Virus record (IMG/VR): IMGVR_UViG_3300032237_001118
Location: 1-58,394 of that record
From: a virus
Taxonomy: Duplodnaviria; Caudoviricetes
Strand: one strand, 5' to 3'
Length of the DNA stretch: 58,394 nt
The position numbers and the translations under genes were made by a program. The notes under the pieces were generated by a model. That model was not told the origin of the DNA. It searched no databases and was given only the letters and a program-made list of their open reading frames with translations. Of the stretch, positions 45,932 to 57,103 are shown in pieces (positions within the stretch are counted from its first letter, which is position 1; every line of letters starts with the position of its first letter).

Positions 45932-46014
45932 CGGAGGGAGACGGGCTCGAACCCCCAAAGCCTTTCAGCTCAACTGTTTTCAAGACAGCATCCTCACCAA
46001 TTCGGATTCCCTCC
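45932..46014 (-). tRNA. tRNA-Ser(TGA)
   Basis: GGAGGGA/TCCCTCC acceptor, G discriminator, GCTGT-CTTGAAA-ACAGT anticodon arm, long variable arm AGCT-GAAA-GGCT, TTCGAGC T loop (one T-stem mismatch); CCA not encoded. Confidence 0.88.
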
Positions 46015-46015
46015 A

Positions 46016-46573
46016 TTATTTTTTATAAATACTGTAACCGTTATATTCCAATACTTGGATACATTTTTCTAAAAATTCCTCTACAGTAATATCACTCTTC
46101 ATTTTATTTATCGATGAATTTATTAATCCCGCATTTTCTATTGTGTTATTTCCACCTTTAGATGCTGGTATAATGTGGTCAACACTGTATGATTTAGTTT
46201 CATACAAATCAATTGGTTGTCCTGATAAATAGCATTTAGGTTCTTCACCAATTTTTGATAAAAAATCGTCAAATGAAAAATTAACTTCTTGTGTTGAAAT
46301 AAGGCTTGAACCTTCTCTCCTTTGGAAATCTCTTACTTTACTAAGAACTCTTTTACCTAAATTATCTCTATACCTAAATACGTATAATTTTTTTTGTAAA
46401 ACAAATTCAGGTTTTGATGAAGTTTTTTTATTTCTTTTTAACGCTTTTTCTTTTTGATTGTTACCTAAATAATATGAAATTGTCGATTTACTACAATTTA
46501 ACTCCTTTATTATTTTATTGTAAGTATAACCTTGTTTTTTCAATTCAATAATCCTATTACCTAATTCAGTCAT
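46016..46573 (-). CDS. HNH endonuclease with N-terminal HTH (putative homing endonuclease)
   Basis: HTH (GYTYNKIIKELNCSKSTISY); CYLSG, SVDHIIPASKGGNNTIEN...INKMKS. Confidence 0.88.
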   Translation of the reverse strand: MTELGNRIIELKKQGYTYNKIIKELNCSKSTISYYLGNNQKEKALKRNKKTSSKPEFVLQKKLYVFRYRDNLGKRVLSKVRDFQRREGSSLISTQEVNFSFDDFLSKIGEEPKCYLSGQPIDLYETKSYSVDHIIPASKGGNNTIENAGLINSSINKMKSDITVEEFLEKCIQVLEYNGYSIYKK

Positions 46574-46666
46574 GATATTATTTATTTGTAAATATCAAGT
46601 TCGAATCAAAAAACAAAAAATCGAACAAATTCCCTTTTATTAATACAAAAGTAGTATATTTGTGTC

Positions 46667-47089
46667 ATGAAAACAACATTAACACTCTTTTTATTATTTA
46701 TCTCTTTTATTGGTAAAAGTCAGACATCTGACATCATGTATGTACCCGAAGAAAAAAGTTTGGTAGTTACGTACAACAATAATTATAATGGTTTTGGTTA
46801 TTATATCGGTGCATATGTAACCACAACGTTTCCTCAACCATATATCTATACTACTCCACAATCAAGAATGAATAGGATTGGATTAAGTTTATCCAACCGT
46901 AAAGTTTCAGTTATGGGTGGCGTCTTTGCGGAAACTTATGTGGATAGAATTGATTTTAAGTCTGACGTATGGGTAAAAGTATATCCACTTAGAATCCTCA
47001 CCAATTTCAAACATATTCCTGATGCAACTGTTGGAGTTAACTTTATGCAAGGAATTAGATATAGTTTTGGAATATCAATTCCATTTTGA
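46667..47089 (+). CDS. Small exported protein, putative outer-membrane beta-barrel
   Basis: Signal peptide; alternating strands; ends YSFGISIPF; TATATTTG upstream. Confidence 0.55.
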   Translation: MKTTLTLFLLFISFIGKSQTSDIMYVPEEKSLVVTYNNNYNGFGYYIGAYVTTTFPQPYIYTTPQSRMNRIGLSLSNRKVSVMGGVFAETYVDRIDFKSDVWVKVYPLRILTNFKHIPDATVGVNFMQGIRYSFGISIPF

Positions 47090-47103
47090 TGTATTTATAG
47101 TTA

Positions 47104-48081
47104 ATGAATCAAGAACAGGCGGTAATAGACAGAGTTAATAGATTTTTTGAAAACCATACATTTGAGATATATTATCTTCAAGATGGGGATGGTAAATATC
47201 CTACGCCTACTAACATTAAAGTTGAAATTACAGGAGTAAGGGAATATATCTCAATGGGGGATAAGAAAGATTATGTTACTCTTACATTGTATATTTTGCC
47301 TTCTAGCGAATTATCTGATGCCCATAATTCAATTATGAGGAGCTATTTTGGTCCCGAAACAAAAATTGAAACATATGATGCTGGTCCTTATCAAAATCTT
47401 GTGTGGGTTACACGAGAAAAAGTTGATGAGTTATTAAAATATTTTTCATTACCATCATCAATGATTACCAAAGTAGTAAACAAGGTAGAACCAAAACAAA
47501 TGAACGAATCGTTAATTGTTGAAGGTCAATTAGACAAAACCACAAGAAAATTGGTTCAAGATATTATTGAGTTTTTTAAATACCAAAGAGAAGGTGAATT
47601 TGGATTGCCCGAAGACGCATCTAATGACGAAATGGTTTATGAATTACCAGGATTTAATAACTTTTCAATATTCTTAGATTTGCAATTAAGTGACGATGTA
47701 GACACTGTTGATGTAGATGGAGAGTTATACTATGACGACGATTTAATGTACATTACAATCATTTCTAATCCAAATGCGGGGTATACTATACTTGATGAAT
47801 TAACTAAAGAATTGAATGAGGTTATTCGTCACGAATTAGAACACATTAGACAACACGAACAAGGATATAATTTTCCAAAAAAAGAACCCAAATCACCTGA
47901 AAAATATTATACTCAACAACATGAGTTAGAAGCACAAAGAGCAGGATTTAGAAAAAGAGCCAAATCTGAAAAAGCGGATTTTGAAACATTGGTTAGAAAC
48001 TGGTTTCAGAAAAATCCGCATAAGCACAATTTGAAACCAAATCAACAGGAGAAGGTGATTCAACAAATTTTACAAAAATAA
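47104..48081 (+). CDS. Two-domain protein with C-terminal HExxH motif
   Basis: Internal MNESLIVE linker; RHELEH...YY.QQHELEA. Confidence 0.65.
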   Translation: MNQEQAVIDRVNRFFENHTFEIYYLQDGDGKYPTPTNIKVEITGVREYISMGDKKDYVTLTLYILPSSELSDAHNSIMRSYFGPETKIETYDAGPYQNLVWVTREKVDELLKYFSLPSSMITKVVNKVEPKQMNESLIVEGQLDKTTRKLVQDIIEFFKYQREGEFGLPEDASNDEMVYELPGFNNFSIFLDLQLSDDVDTVDVDGELYYDDDLMYITIISNPNAGYTILDELTKELNEVIRHELEHIRQHEQGYNFPKKEPKSPEKYYTQQHELEAQRAGFRKRAKSEKADFETLVRNWFQKNPHKHNLKPNQQEKVIQQILQK

Positions 48082-49007
48082 TGAACTTACAAGAAGATAT
48101 ACATAGGATAAAAGAAGTAATGGGTCTTATTACAGAAGAAGAAAATGAACCTGTAAAAAAAGGGATTAATCATGGTAAAGTTATAATACAACCATACCAT
48201 GAAGGGCAAAAAGGTAAAAAACTTGATAGTTTTATTATTGGTATTACACATTTTGATGAAAATAATCCTGTTTATTTAGAAAAAAATGATATTAATCCAT
48301 CCATAATAAATAAAATAATGGAAGTTGCTCAACAGTGTGGTTATTTTTATGAAGGTGTTGGAGGTCCAGATTTAAAAAACATTGAAAGATTCTTTAAAGA
48401 AGAATTGGGGTTAAATGATATTAAAGATAATAAAAGTTATGAACCTAAAATAAGTCAAGAAGATAAATCTAAAAAAGATTTTATGTATACTTTTTTTTCT
48501 AATGGTAATGCTGTTAATAAAACTACAGGAGAAAAATTGGATGGAATAAACCAAGATAATATATTATTAGATGAGTTGAATAAACTTGAAAAAAATAATC
48601 AAAAACCAAAAAGTATTTTAGAATTAATTAAAAATGGAAATAGCTCCAAAATGTTTTGGGATGGAAGTTTATCATTTGACAAAATGGAAATAGATTGGTT
48701 TATTCAACAAATATTAAAAACACCAAATACTCAAGTTATAAAAACTTTATTGATGAGTGAACCAAATAAAGAAAATATTAGAAAATTCATTCAAACAGGA
48801 TTTGATATAATGTGGGGGAATTTTAATACCAAAAAAGATAATCATGGTTTTGAAGACGGTAAAAATCTTTTAACAAATATGGCTAATAATGCAACAAAAT
48901 TAAGAAGAGAATATATCAAAAATAATTTAGAGTGTGGAATATATTTTATAGGTGAAGGACATATAGGAGAATGGAAAAACCAATTTTTAGATACTAAAAT
49001 AGTTTAA
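48081..49007 (+). CDS. Hypothetical protein with MNLQEDIHRIKEVM leader
   Basis: Leader; IGITH, FYEG, FIGEGH suggest a TraB/ChaN-like metal site. Confidence 0.65.
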   Translation: MNLQEDIHRIKEVMGLITEEENEPVKKGINHGKVIIQPYHEGQKGKKLDSFIIGITHFDENNPVYLEKNDINPSIINKIMEVAQQCGYFYEGVGGPDLKNIERFFKEELGLNDIKDNKSYEPKISQEDKSKKDFMYTFFSNGNAVNKTTGEKLDGINQDNILLDELNKLEKNNQKPKSILELIKNGNSSKMFWDGSLSFDKMEIDWFIQQILKTPNTQVIKTLLMSEPNKENIRKFIQTGFDIMWGNFNTKKDNHGFEDGKNLLTNMANNATKLRREYIKNNLECGIYFIGEGHIGEWKNQFLDTKIV

Positions 49008-49010
49008 ATA

Positions 49011-49757
49011 ATGAATCCAAAATTTATAGATAAAGAGTTAAAAATATTTCGTAAAGTATTGATGGACCATTCTTTCAATAAAGACGGTTATGAATATCAT
49101 TTTCTATCAATAGAACCAGATGAGAAAGGATGGAGTTACGATATTATTATAAACGTTGTTTTACCTGAAAAAGGTCAATCATACGCAACTCCAGTGTTTA
49201 GTGGACATATTCACGACATCCTTAGTAATATATGGAAATACGTAGGTAGTTCTTTTTCTTATTCAGAAAAAATATTGGTTGACGGTAAAGAATCTGTTAA
49301 TAGAGGTCTTTTTATTAGTACAGAAAAACAAAGAGAAGTTTTATTTACAATGAGAAAAGAAGTTAAAGAAGTAACTTTAAAAACAGCAATAGGCCCGTTG
49401 ACTTTTGATGTATATTGGAAACCTAATGAAAAATTTTATTCATTAGACGATGTATATATTGATTTTGATTTTGATATTGAAATTAAAAATTTTATGTTAG
49501 ATAGTCATTATGCGGTACCTAATTTAGATATTGCAGATGATGTTTCTGGTGCTATTTTGAATGTAATGTATGATTCTGATTACCTAAGAGACAAAATGAA
49601 TAACGTAGTCTATGATGTGATGAGTAATGAAATAGATATTACAAGTATTGATGATTTATATTACCAAGTACGATTCTATATCACTAAAATTGATGGATTT
49701 GCGATTAGTCAAAGGTGGGGTAATCATTACGATTTAGAACCCAACATGTTTACTTAA
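49011..49757 (+). CDS. Hypothetical protein
   Basis: 248-aa ORF. Confidence 0.7.
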   Translation: MNPKFIDKELKIFRKVLMDHSFNKDGYEYHFLSIEPDEKGWSYDIIINVVLPEKGQSYATPVFSGHIHDILSNIWKYVGSSFSYSEKILVDGKESVNRGLFISTEKQREVLFTMRKEVKEVTLKTAIGPLTFDVYWKPNEKFYSLDDVYIDFDFDIEIKNFMLDSHYAVPNLDIADDVSGAILNVMYDSDYLRDKMNNVVYDVMSNEIDITSIDDLYYQVRFYITKIDGFAISQRWGNHYDLEPNMFT

Positions 49758-50370
49758 TCCTTTCAATAATTTTTTTGATGATTTGAGATAATGCTTGAGC
49801 TCCAACAACCACAACCCCTGACGAAACTAATCTTTCTGCAATTAATAACGCACTTTCTTTAGGGTTTGAAGTTCTATCTGCAACATGTTGAATATCTAAT
49901 ATGATAGGTATAAGGAATGAATACGCCACAGTATCCATAAAACTACTTACCGTAACATTTAATGAAGATAAAAACCCTTTAAAAGACAATTTTAAATCTT
50001 TTGCTTTTTCTAAACCGATTTTAAATGCATTCTCAAGACCTTCTTCTTTAATTTTTTCTAAAATTTTGACTAAACCTTTTTTATTCTCAAAAAATAGTAT
50101 AAAGGTAATTCCTACCAAAACCAAATATCTTTGGTCATCAGTTAAATCAAATTCACCTCCTCTAATAAATTGGTCCAATGGCATTACCATACCACCAACC
50201 GAAGTACCCCAAGTTAATAACATTTTTAGGTTAAGACCATAAACTTTACTAACTCTATTTACAAGGTTTTTAGTGAAGGAATACATGGTCTTCATGTAAT
50301 CATTCATTTTTGATTCATCTTGTTCCTGTAAGATTAATCTTAATTGAGATTCGTTAATTAAAAAATCCAT
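49750..50370 (-). CDS. Hydrophobic protein with MDFLINESQL leader
   Basis: Leader motif; several hydrophobic helices. Confidence 0.7.
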   Translation of the reverse strand: MDFLINESQLRLILQEQDESKMNDYMKTMYSFTKNLVNRVSKVYGLNLKMLLTWGTSVGGMVMPLDQFIRGGEFDLTDDQRYLVLVGITFILFFENKKGLVKILEKIKEEGLENAFKIGLEKAKDLKLSFKGFLSSLNVTVSSFMDTVAYSFLIPIILDIQHVADRTSNPKESALLIAERLVSSGVVVVGAQALSQIIKKIIERIK

Positions 50371-50375
50371 ATAAC

Positions 50376-50402
50376 AATAAATATACTGCATATATTTATT
50401 AT
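50376..50402. promoter_or_regulatory. Back-to-back TATTTAT motifs serving divergent genes
   Basis: AATAAATATA-CTGCA-TATATTTATT between the ATGs at 50370 (-) and 50404 (+). Confidence 0.6.
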
Positions 50403-50403
50403 C

Positions 50404-51015
50404 ATGAAAGGTGAATTAAATCCAGCATTAAAAGAGGGTGATAGAGTCATTTGTTATCACATGGATGGAGAAACAGGTGTTCCTCCAGGTACTAAAGGTA
50501 CTGTTAGAAGAATAACTAGAGACCCATTTGAGCCAGGTGGTGACGAATTAATTATTGAAGTAAATTGGGATAATGGAAGTTCATTAGCATTAATGCCATC
50601 AACTGATGCATGGAAAAAACCAAAAGAACAAGTTCAAGAGGCGTCAAATACAGGTGACCGTCATTATGATTTTTTTAATAAAAATCCTGAAGTCTTTGAA
50701 AATTTTGATTGGAGATTTTTTAGAGAATTTCTTAATAAGCTTAGAGAATCAAGTGTTGTAAACATGTTCCAATCTCGCCCTTTTTTATATTCAGGTAGAG
50801 AATGGATTGACCGATATCACGGAGAAGACCAAGAAGACAATGAAGCATTTCAAGAAGTTTTAGAAATGGCGGATGAGTCTAAAAACAAGTTAATACAAGG
50901 TCTTATGAAATATATGGAGTCCAAAAATATAGATATGGACGATATGCATAAAGTTAACCATTTTGCAGAAAAATTTGCAAGTAAAATTGTACAGTTGTAT
51001 ATGACGTTTGCATAG
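50404..51015 (+). CDS. DUF4314-like (SH3-like) domain protein
   Basis: GDRV..YHM.GE..VPPGTKGTV...VNWDNGSSLAL. Confidence 0.65.
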   Translation: MKGELNPALKEGDRVICYHMDGETGVPPGTKGTVRRITRDPFEPGGDELIIEVNWDNGSSLALMPSTDAWKKPKEQVQEASNTGDRHYDFFNKNPEVFENFDWRFFREFLNKLRESSVVNMFQSRPFLYSGREWIDRYHGEDQEDNEAFQEVLEMADESKNKLIQGLMKYMESKNIDMDDMHKVNHFAEKFASKIVQLYMTFA

Positions 51016-51093
51016 AATTATTTTATTTTAATCATCCTTACACAATAACGTCTTTTTTAAAAAGATTCTTCAGTTTATAATTCAATTATATTT

Positions 51094-53574
51094 TTAATCA
51101 CAATTACATGGTCCTGTAATTTGTGTGTAGTTATATAATTGTGTTGAACCTGGTGGTAAATCATAGGTAGTTGTATATGAATCAAAACATCCACCAGGGT
51201 AGTCAGTATCAGTGTATCTTCCAGTATGATATCCAATTGTATAAAAAACTCCAGGGTATGCACCACAACTATCATTATATAATGTGTACGGTGTTGGACA
51301 TCCTGTTTCTCCTGTATCAATCATACCATAAGGACCAGCATAATCAACGGTTAAAATAGATTGTACAACAAAGTAATCACCTCCTTCATTCAGAACGATT
51401 CTATCATTTACTGCGAAGGTTCCTTTACAGTATGGTATTGAATAATATCCTGAACCTCCCGCACAAGGAGTGAAGTAGTATACCTCTGCAATGTCATCTT
51501 CAGTATTGGAAGGGTTACTAGTATAGGTGTTACCATTCGCATACCATTGATTTCCAGTAAAACAAGTATTTGTATTTATAAATACTTCAGCGCTTACTGG
51601 CGTGTTACCTGGACAATACCATAGAGTACCTACTACTGTGCTGTAACTAGCGTCATAGTTACAAGGAGCACCTGCACCTAAATTAACATCTCTGGTAGTG
51701 TTATATCCAGCAGCACAAGGGTTTGTTTGTCTTTGTCTTTGGTAGGTTACACAACTAGAACAGAATACAGCACCTTCATTTGTCCAAGTCTGAGTTGTAT
51801 TACATTGTGTACCACCTGGGTTAGCTACCCAACGAGTTGCACCGTTTCCAGAAACACCACATGGATTAGTTTGAGTCTGTTGTTTTTCTTCTACACAACT
51901 ATTACATCTATAATTACCATTATCAGACCAAACATCAGTATTATTACCTGCTGTAGGTGCTGTTAATCCAACATCGCTACCATTCACATAATAGTGGTTG
52001 TAGGTTGAAGACCAAATATTTACATCTTTATAAACGGTATAAAGAGTGGTTCCATTACAAGTATTGTATCCTTGACTAACTAAAAGAGCTCCTGTTGACG
52101 TACAAGGAGTATAATCTTGAACAATACCATTTGTAGAAATTTGAACTCCCCAAACTGTTCCACCTCTTTGAACTCGGAAATATTGATTTCCACCGTTATA
52201 ATAAGATGTTAATTGAGGATTAGAATAAAATACTGTACCAACTGTTGGAGTTGTAGTTCCTGGGGCCGCATAAATTGATATGTTAGGTATTTGACCATAT
52301 GCACAAGCTGATGTTGCATCACCATATCCTGTATTAAATAAACCAAAACTATATGCTGGTGTTGTTGGTGTTGGTGTTACCGCTGCAGTTCCTGTTTGAG
52401 TAGGAGTGGCAGTTAAAGTAGTAGTGGTTGTTGGCGTTTGTGTTCTTGTTTGAGTCGGAGTTGTTGTTACTGCGGCAGTTCCTGTTTGAGTTTGAGTTTG
52501 TGTAGGAGTTTGTGTACGAGTTTGTGTAGGAGTTTGTGTAGGAGTTTGTGTAGGTATTGTTACACAATTAACTACGGATTGAATTTTTGCGTAAGTAGGT
52601 CCAACAACATCTGTTTCGGTGTAAATTGACCAGTTACTTCCATTCCTATACATCTTATAGAATCCTGTTGAACCAGCAAATTTAGTCGTTAAAGTTGCAT
52701 CAGTATAAATAATAGCATTTACGGTTGGTATCGTATATGACGGAGATAAGTATACTACAGAATCTAAACCAGTTCCTCTACATGCACTTGTATCGTCACC
52801 ATATACCGTTTGACTAATACTATATTGAATTGATAAAGATGTTTGTGTTGGCGTTTGTGTTTGTGTTGCAGTTAATGTTGTTGTGGTTGTTGGTGTTTGA
52901 GTTTGTGTTGCGGTTAATGTTGGAGTAGTTGTTGATGTTGGAGTTGATGTTTGTGTAGGTGTTGATGTTGGAGTGGTTGTTGGAATAACTCCACAAGCTA
53001 GACTACAAGAGTTATATTGTCCAGCCTTCAATGAGACAGCAGTCATACCTGGAGTACTTGTATCAGTGATTCGGTAATTAAAGTCTAATGCGTCATCGGC
53101 AGTTCTATACCATTTAGTTAAAGTTACAGAAGTGCCCGCAGGGAATGCCACTAAAACACCCGTATTTTGTATAGTACCGCAATCACTACAAGAGTATTCG
53201 TCCGCTAAATAAAAGTCATATAATCTAGTTGGTGTTTGAGTTTGAGTTGACGTTTGAGTTGGTGTTTGAGTTTGAGTTGACGTTTGAGTTGGTGTTGATG
53301 TATATGTTGGAGTTTGAGTTGGTGTTTGAGTAGCCAACATTATTACCTGTTGATTACTATTATTTGTATTAACAATGATTACATTCGATGCACTATCGGG
53401 AACCGCAACCCCAACACCAGGGAATGTCGTAACCTGTGAATATGTTAATCCTGTCGCACTTCCACCGCCATAATAAAGAGTTAAGACATTACTTGGGCTA
53501 ACAGAGTCATAATAAGCATTATAAGGACCTACTGCTACTCCTGAATCCATGTATATGTAAAAATTTCTTGCCAT
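51094..53574 (-). CDS. Modular Thr/Pro-rich putative virion fibre/decoration protein with Cys-rich domains
   Basis: TPTQT linkers separate Cys-containing domains; C..C...QTNPC repeats. Confidence 0.72.
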   Translation of the reverse strand: MARNFYIYMDSGVAVGPYNAYYDSVSPSNVLTLYYGGGSATGLTYSQVTTFPGVGVAVPDSASNVIIVNTNNSNQQVIMLATQTPTQTPTYTSTPTQTSTQTQTPTQTSTQTQTPTRLYDFYLADEYSCSDCGTIQNTGVLVAFPAGTSVTLTKWYRTADDALDFNYRITDTSTPGMTAVSLKAGQYNSCSLACGVIPTTTPTSTPTQTSTPTSTTTPTLTATQTQTPTTTTTLTATQTQTPTQTSLSIQYSISQTVYGDDTSACRGTGLDSVVYLSPSYTIPTVNAIIYTDATLTTKFAGSTGFYKMYRNGSNWSIYTETDVVGPTYAKIQSVVNCVTIPTQTPTQTPTQTRTQTPTQTQTQTGTAAVTTTPTQTRTQTPTTTTTLTATPTQTGTAAVTPTPTTPAYSFGLFNTGYGDATSACAYGQIPNISIYAAPGTTTPTVGTVFYSNPQLTSYYNGGNQYFRVQRGGTVWGVQISTNGIVQDYTPCTSTGALLVSQGYNTCNGTTLYTVYKDVNIWSSTYNHYYVNGSDVGLTAPTAGNNTDVWSDNGNYRCNSCVEEKQQTQTNPCGVSGNGATRWVANPGGTQCNTTQTWTNEGAVFCSSCVTYQRQRQTNPCAAGYNTTRDVNLGAGAPCNYDASYSTVVGTLWYCPGNTPVSAEVFINTNTCFTGNQWYANGNTYTSNPSNTEDDIAEVYYFTPCAGGSGYYSIPYCKGTFAVNDRIVLNEGGDYFVVQSILTVDYAGPYGMIDTGETGCPTPYTLYNDSCGAYPGVFYTIGYHTGRYTDTDYPGGCFDSYTTTYDLPPGSTQLYNYTQITGPCNCD

Positions 53575-53596
53575 TATCTATATTATATATATTAGG

Positions 53597-56500
53597 TTAT
53601 GATGTTATGTAATTAAATGTTATTCCATAATTTGCTGACCTCCAAATTCCAATCGTATCTCTAACAATAATATATTGACCACTATTAGAAACAGATAATC
53701 TATATCTACAATTTTTAGTTGGTGATACTTCAGTAATAATAGGCGTTGTATCTAAATTCACAATTCTTACTAAATTACTTGAAATTGTTGTTGACGCATA
53801 TGCTGTTGTACCGCTCACTGCATCGTTATAGATGGCGACACTTGACCATGTTCTACTAGGAGTACTACCATTAGTAATATTGTTCCATGTTGTACCTGAA
53901 TCTTGAGAATATTTTAAGAAGGTATATCCTTGAGTACTACCGAATGCTGCAATTGCATGGATACCGTCTCGAGATATCTTAACATCCCTTCCATTGCCTG
54001 CGGATAACGTACTTGCAACTGGAGCAAATGATACACCATAATTACTTGAGCGATAAATCTCACCAGCAGACGGGTCAAGAATTCCAGCACTCGCAGTTGC
54101 AAGTATAATTTGACCATTAGCACTTATTGTAACTTGGCTATACAATCCAAATAACGATGAACCATAATCTTGATAGTTACTTAAACTCCAAGTTGAACCA
54201 TAATCATTTGAAACATAAATACAGAAAAATAAATTGTACCCACCGCCACCACCAGTGTACGTAAACTTACTTAAATCTGTTCCCATAACTTGATATTGTC
54301 CGTTGTTTGAAATTGCAACTGAACTACCGTATATGTTATCGGTAACATAATTATATGGTGCAGGAAATGAAGTAAATGGTATTTGTACCCAATTTACACC
54401 GTAATCAGATGATTTATAAGTATAAGGATTTGTTCCGTCATTACCAACCGCTAACATGTATTGACCATTATCAGACACCGCAACACTTCTCCAATATCCA
54501 GGAATTCTAACTCCTGTAAAATTCGCACCATAATTATTTGAAACAAATATGTATCCTTGTATTTTCTTATTGATATCTCCTCCCTCAGCAATTATTTGAT
54601 ATTGGCCTGTTGTTTGGCTGATTGCATTTGATGTAAATGCTGAAGTTGTAAATCCTTGATTAGGAAGAGGTGTCGGTGTATGTGTCGGTGTATGTGTCGG
54701 TGTTGCAGTTACGGTTGGTGTTTGAGTTACACATACAGAACATGGACTTGTTACTATAGCGGTTTCATTTCCGTTAGTAATACTAACCTGAACATAATAT
54801 GAATCAGATGATATATAATAAGTACCTGTTGAGAATTGTGCAAAAACTGGATTAGTTAAAGTTGTACTATTACAGAATGTTGTGTTATTACCAACAGTTG
54901 GGTCAGGGTTAAAAAATATTGAACCACATGCGATTGACGGACTAATTTTAGGGTCAGAAGTTATTTCTGAAAAATATGACGGTGTCTGTGTTGGAGTTTG
55001 AGTTGGAGTAGCGGTTGGACTATAAATTCCACAACTTGTGGTTTCTGAAATTGTAATACTATCTAATGGGGTTGAAATTAACGCTCCTCTTTGAGCGCAG
55101 AATACACCACTACCTCCATTAGGGATTGTTAAGGATATTGCACTTCCATAACAATCCATATATTGTAGTCTAGAGGAATTTCCACTGTTATTTACATAAC
55201 TGTAATTATAACAAATTGTATCAATTGGTAATAATACAAAATGGAATGACGCATTACCTGTTGGACTTGGTGTTTGAGTGGTTGTTGGAGTTAATGTTTG
55301 AGTTGGGCTTACAGTTGGAGTCACTGTTTGTGTTGGAGTTACAGTTGGAGTCATTGTTTGTGTTGAAGTTGGAGTGACTACTACACAACTTTCTATATTA
55401 GACACAGTTGCACCATCTAAATTAAATGTGTTACCACTATAATAGTAATAACCAAATGTTGTATTTCTAAATAAAGTTAAACCTTTATTATCTTCATATA
55501 AAGTCGTTCCATTATCAAAAGTACCATTCCAATATAATGTAATACTGTAAATTGTTGTTGTACCACTACAAGCGTCATAATCAGAATTAAATCCACCAGG
55601 AATTTCATCATAATATAAATCGTAATATCCGATTAATCCACTTGAAGTGAGATTATTTGTTGGAGTTGGCGTTTGTGTTGGAGTTATTGTATTAGTAGGA
55701 GTTTCTGTATTAGTTGGAGTTTGTGTATTAGTTGGTGTTTGTGTATTAGTTGGTGTTTGTGTATTAGTTGGAGTTTGTGTATTAGTTGGAGTTTGTGTTT
55801 GAGTAGAAGTATTAGTTGGTGTTTGTGTATTAGTTGGTGTTTGTGTATTAGTTGGAGTTTGTGTATTAGTTGGAGTTTCTGTATTAGTTGGTGTAGGTGT
55901 TTGAGTAGAAGTATTAGTTGGAGTTGCGGTTGGTACCAAATTTGTAGGTGTTGGTGTTGGAGTACAAAGAGGGGCAATATTACATGGGTCAGTATAAGTA
56001 CCATTGTATCTTGGTAATAACGCGTTATAGTTTTGATTAATTTCAGTAGAACTTAATGCTCTATCAAAAATTTGAACTTCTCCCATATTACCATCAAAAA
56101 ATTCTGTGTTATTTGTAACACCTACTGTAAGATTAGATGAATATGGAACATTATGTCCTAAAGGAGTATCTGAACTAATTAACGTACCGTTAACCCAAAT
56201 AGACCTTGTTGTTCCATCAAAAGTTGTAACTGCATTATACCAATCACCCACAGTAAATGAGTAACTTACAGATAAATCATTTCCCAACCAATAATTTACA
56301 ATTCCTGATGATGATAATCTAAAAGCGTTAACAGCATTAGTTGTTCCGTAATTACCCCATCCTACAAGACCTTTTTCTCCCAAAGATGATGGATTAAACC
56401 AAATACTTATGGTGTAATTGGAATTTCCGACTGGAATTCCTGTTGTTGCACTGAAAGATACGTATTGATTGGCACCGTTTAATACTAAACTACCTCTCAA

Positions 56501-56995
56501 GGACGAATCGTACGTGATACCATTATTTAATAAACCTGTATTACCATTTCCAGTTAAATCGTACCATGAATTAAAAACTAAAGGATATGATGGCGGGAAG
56601 TTAGAGTCTAAGTTTAGAACACATCCATTTGTAACGATTGATGGATATTCTTGATTTGTTATAAAATACCCTTCATAAATTGCCCAATTTATTGCGTCTG
56701 ATAATGTTCCAAAAGGACCTGCAAATTTTGATGCGGCTAATTTATTGATTCCTGCAATTAAATCGGAATTAGTCAAACCAGAAGTTTGAAATCCCATTGC
56801 CCTTGCATTTAGTTGATTGGTTTTTCCGTTTGTGTAACTATCGGTAACAATTAAGTATTGATTACAAATTCCAAAGTCAGGACACCAAAGTAGAGAACCT
56901 TGAGAGACATCTCCATTTACATCCATTACGATTGTTCCAAATTGTAATGAATTTGAGATGGTACTTCCAGAATTATAAGCGACAAGATTCGGCAT
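53597..56995 (-). CDS. Large modular protein: LamG domain, TPT linkers, C-terminal BNR/Asp-box beta-propeller
   Basis: LamG ([24 protein letters not shown]); 18-bp TPTNTQ repeats; repeated SxDYGxTW Asp-boxes. Confidence 0.8.
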   Translation of the reverse strand: MPNLVAYNSGSTISNSLQFGTIVMDVNGDVSQGSLLWCPDFGICNQYLIVTDSYTNGKTNQLNARAMGFQTSGLTNSDLIAGINKLAASKFAGPFGTLSDAINWAIYEGYFITNQEYPSIVTNGCVLNLDSNFPPSYPLVFNSWYDLTGNGNTGLLNNGITYDSSLRGSLVLNGANQYVSFSATTGIPVGNSNYTISIWFNPSSLGEKGLVGWGNYGTTNAVNAFRLSSSGIVNYWLGNDLSVSYSFTVGDWYNAVTTFDGTTRSIWVNGTLISSDTPLGHNVPYSSNLTVGVTNNTEFFDGNMGEVQIFDRALSSTEINQNYNALLPRYNGTYTDPCNIAPLCTPTPTPTNLVPTATPTNTSTQTPTPTNTETPTNTQTPTNTQTPTNTQTPTNTSTQTQTPTNTQTPTNTQTPTNTQTPTNTQTPTNTETPTNTITPTQTPTPTNNLTSSGLIGYYDLYYDEIPGGFNSDYDACSGTTTIYSITLYWNGTFDNGTTLYEDNKGLTLFRNTTFGYYYYSGNTFNLDGATVSNIESCVVVTPTSTQTMTPTVTPTQTVTPTVSPTQTLTPTTTQTPSPTGNASFHFVLLPIDTICYNYSYVNNSGNSSRLQYMDCYGSAISLTIPNGGSGVFCAQRGALISTPLDSITISETTSCGIYSPTATPTQTPTQTPSYFSEITSDPKISPSIACGSIFFNPDPTVGNNTTFCNSTTLTNPVFAQFSTGTYYISSDSYYVQVSITNGNETAIVTSPCSVCVTQTPTVTATPTHTPTHTPTPLPNQGFTTSAFTSNAISQTTGQYQIIAEGGDINKKIQGYIFVSNNYGANFTGVRIPGYWRSVAVSDNGQYMLAVGNDGTNPYTYKSSDYGVNWVQIPFTSFPAPYNYVTDNIYGSSVAISNNGQYQVMGTDLSKFTYTGGGGGYNLFFCIYVSNDYGSTWSLSNYQDYGSSLFGLYSQVTISANGQIILATASAGILDPSAGEIYRSSNYGVSFAPVASTLSAGNGRDVKISRDGIHAIAAFGSTQGYTFLKYSQDSGTTWNNITNGSTPSRTWSSVAIYNDAVSGTTAYASTTISSNLVRIVNLDTTPIITEVSPTKNCRYRLSVSNSGQYIIVRDTIGIWRSANYGITFNYITS

Positions 56996-57103
56996 TAATT
57001 TATTAAATATATTAATAAATATATCTTCATGGTCTTTCTCTTCTCATTACTTCTTATCAATCTTCATCAGATTTAAATTTATAGAGTTCATTTTTTTTAT
57101 ACT

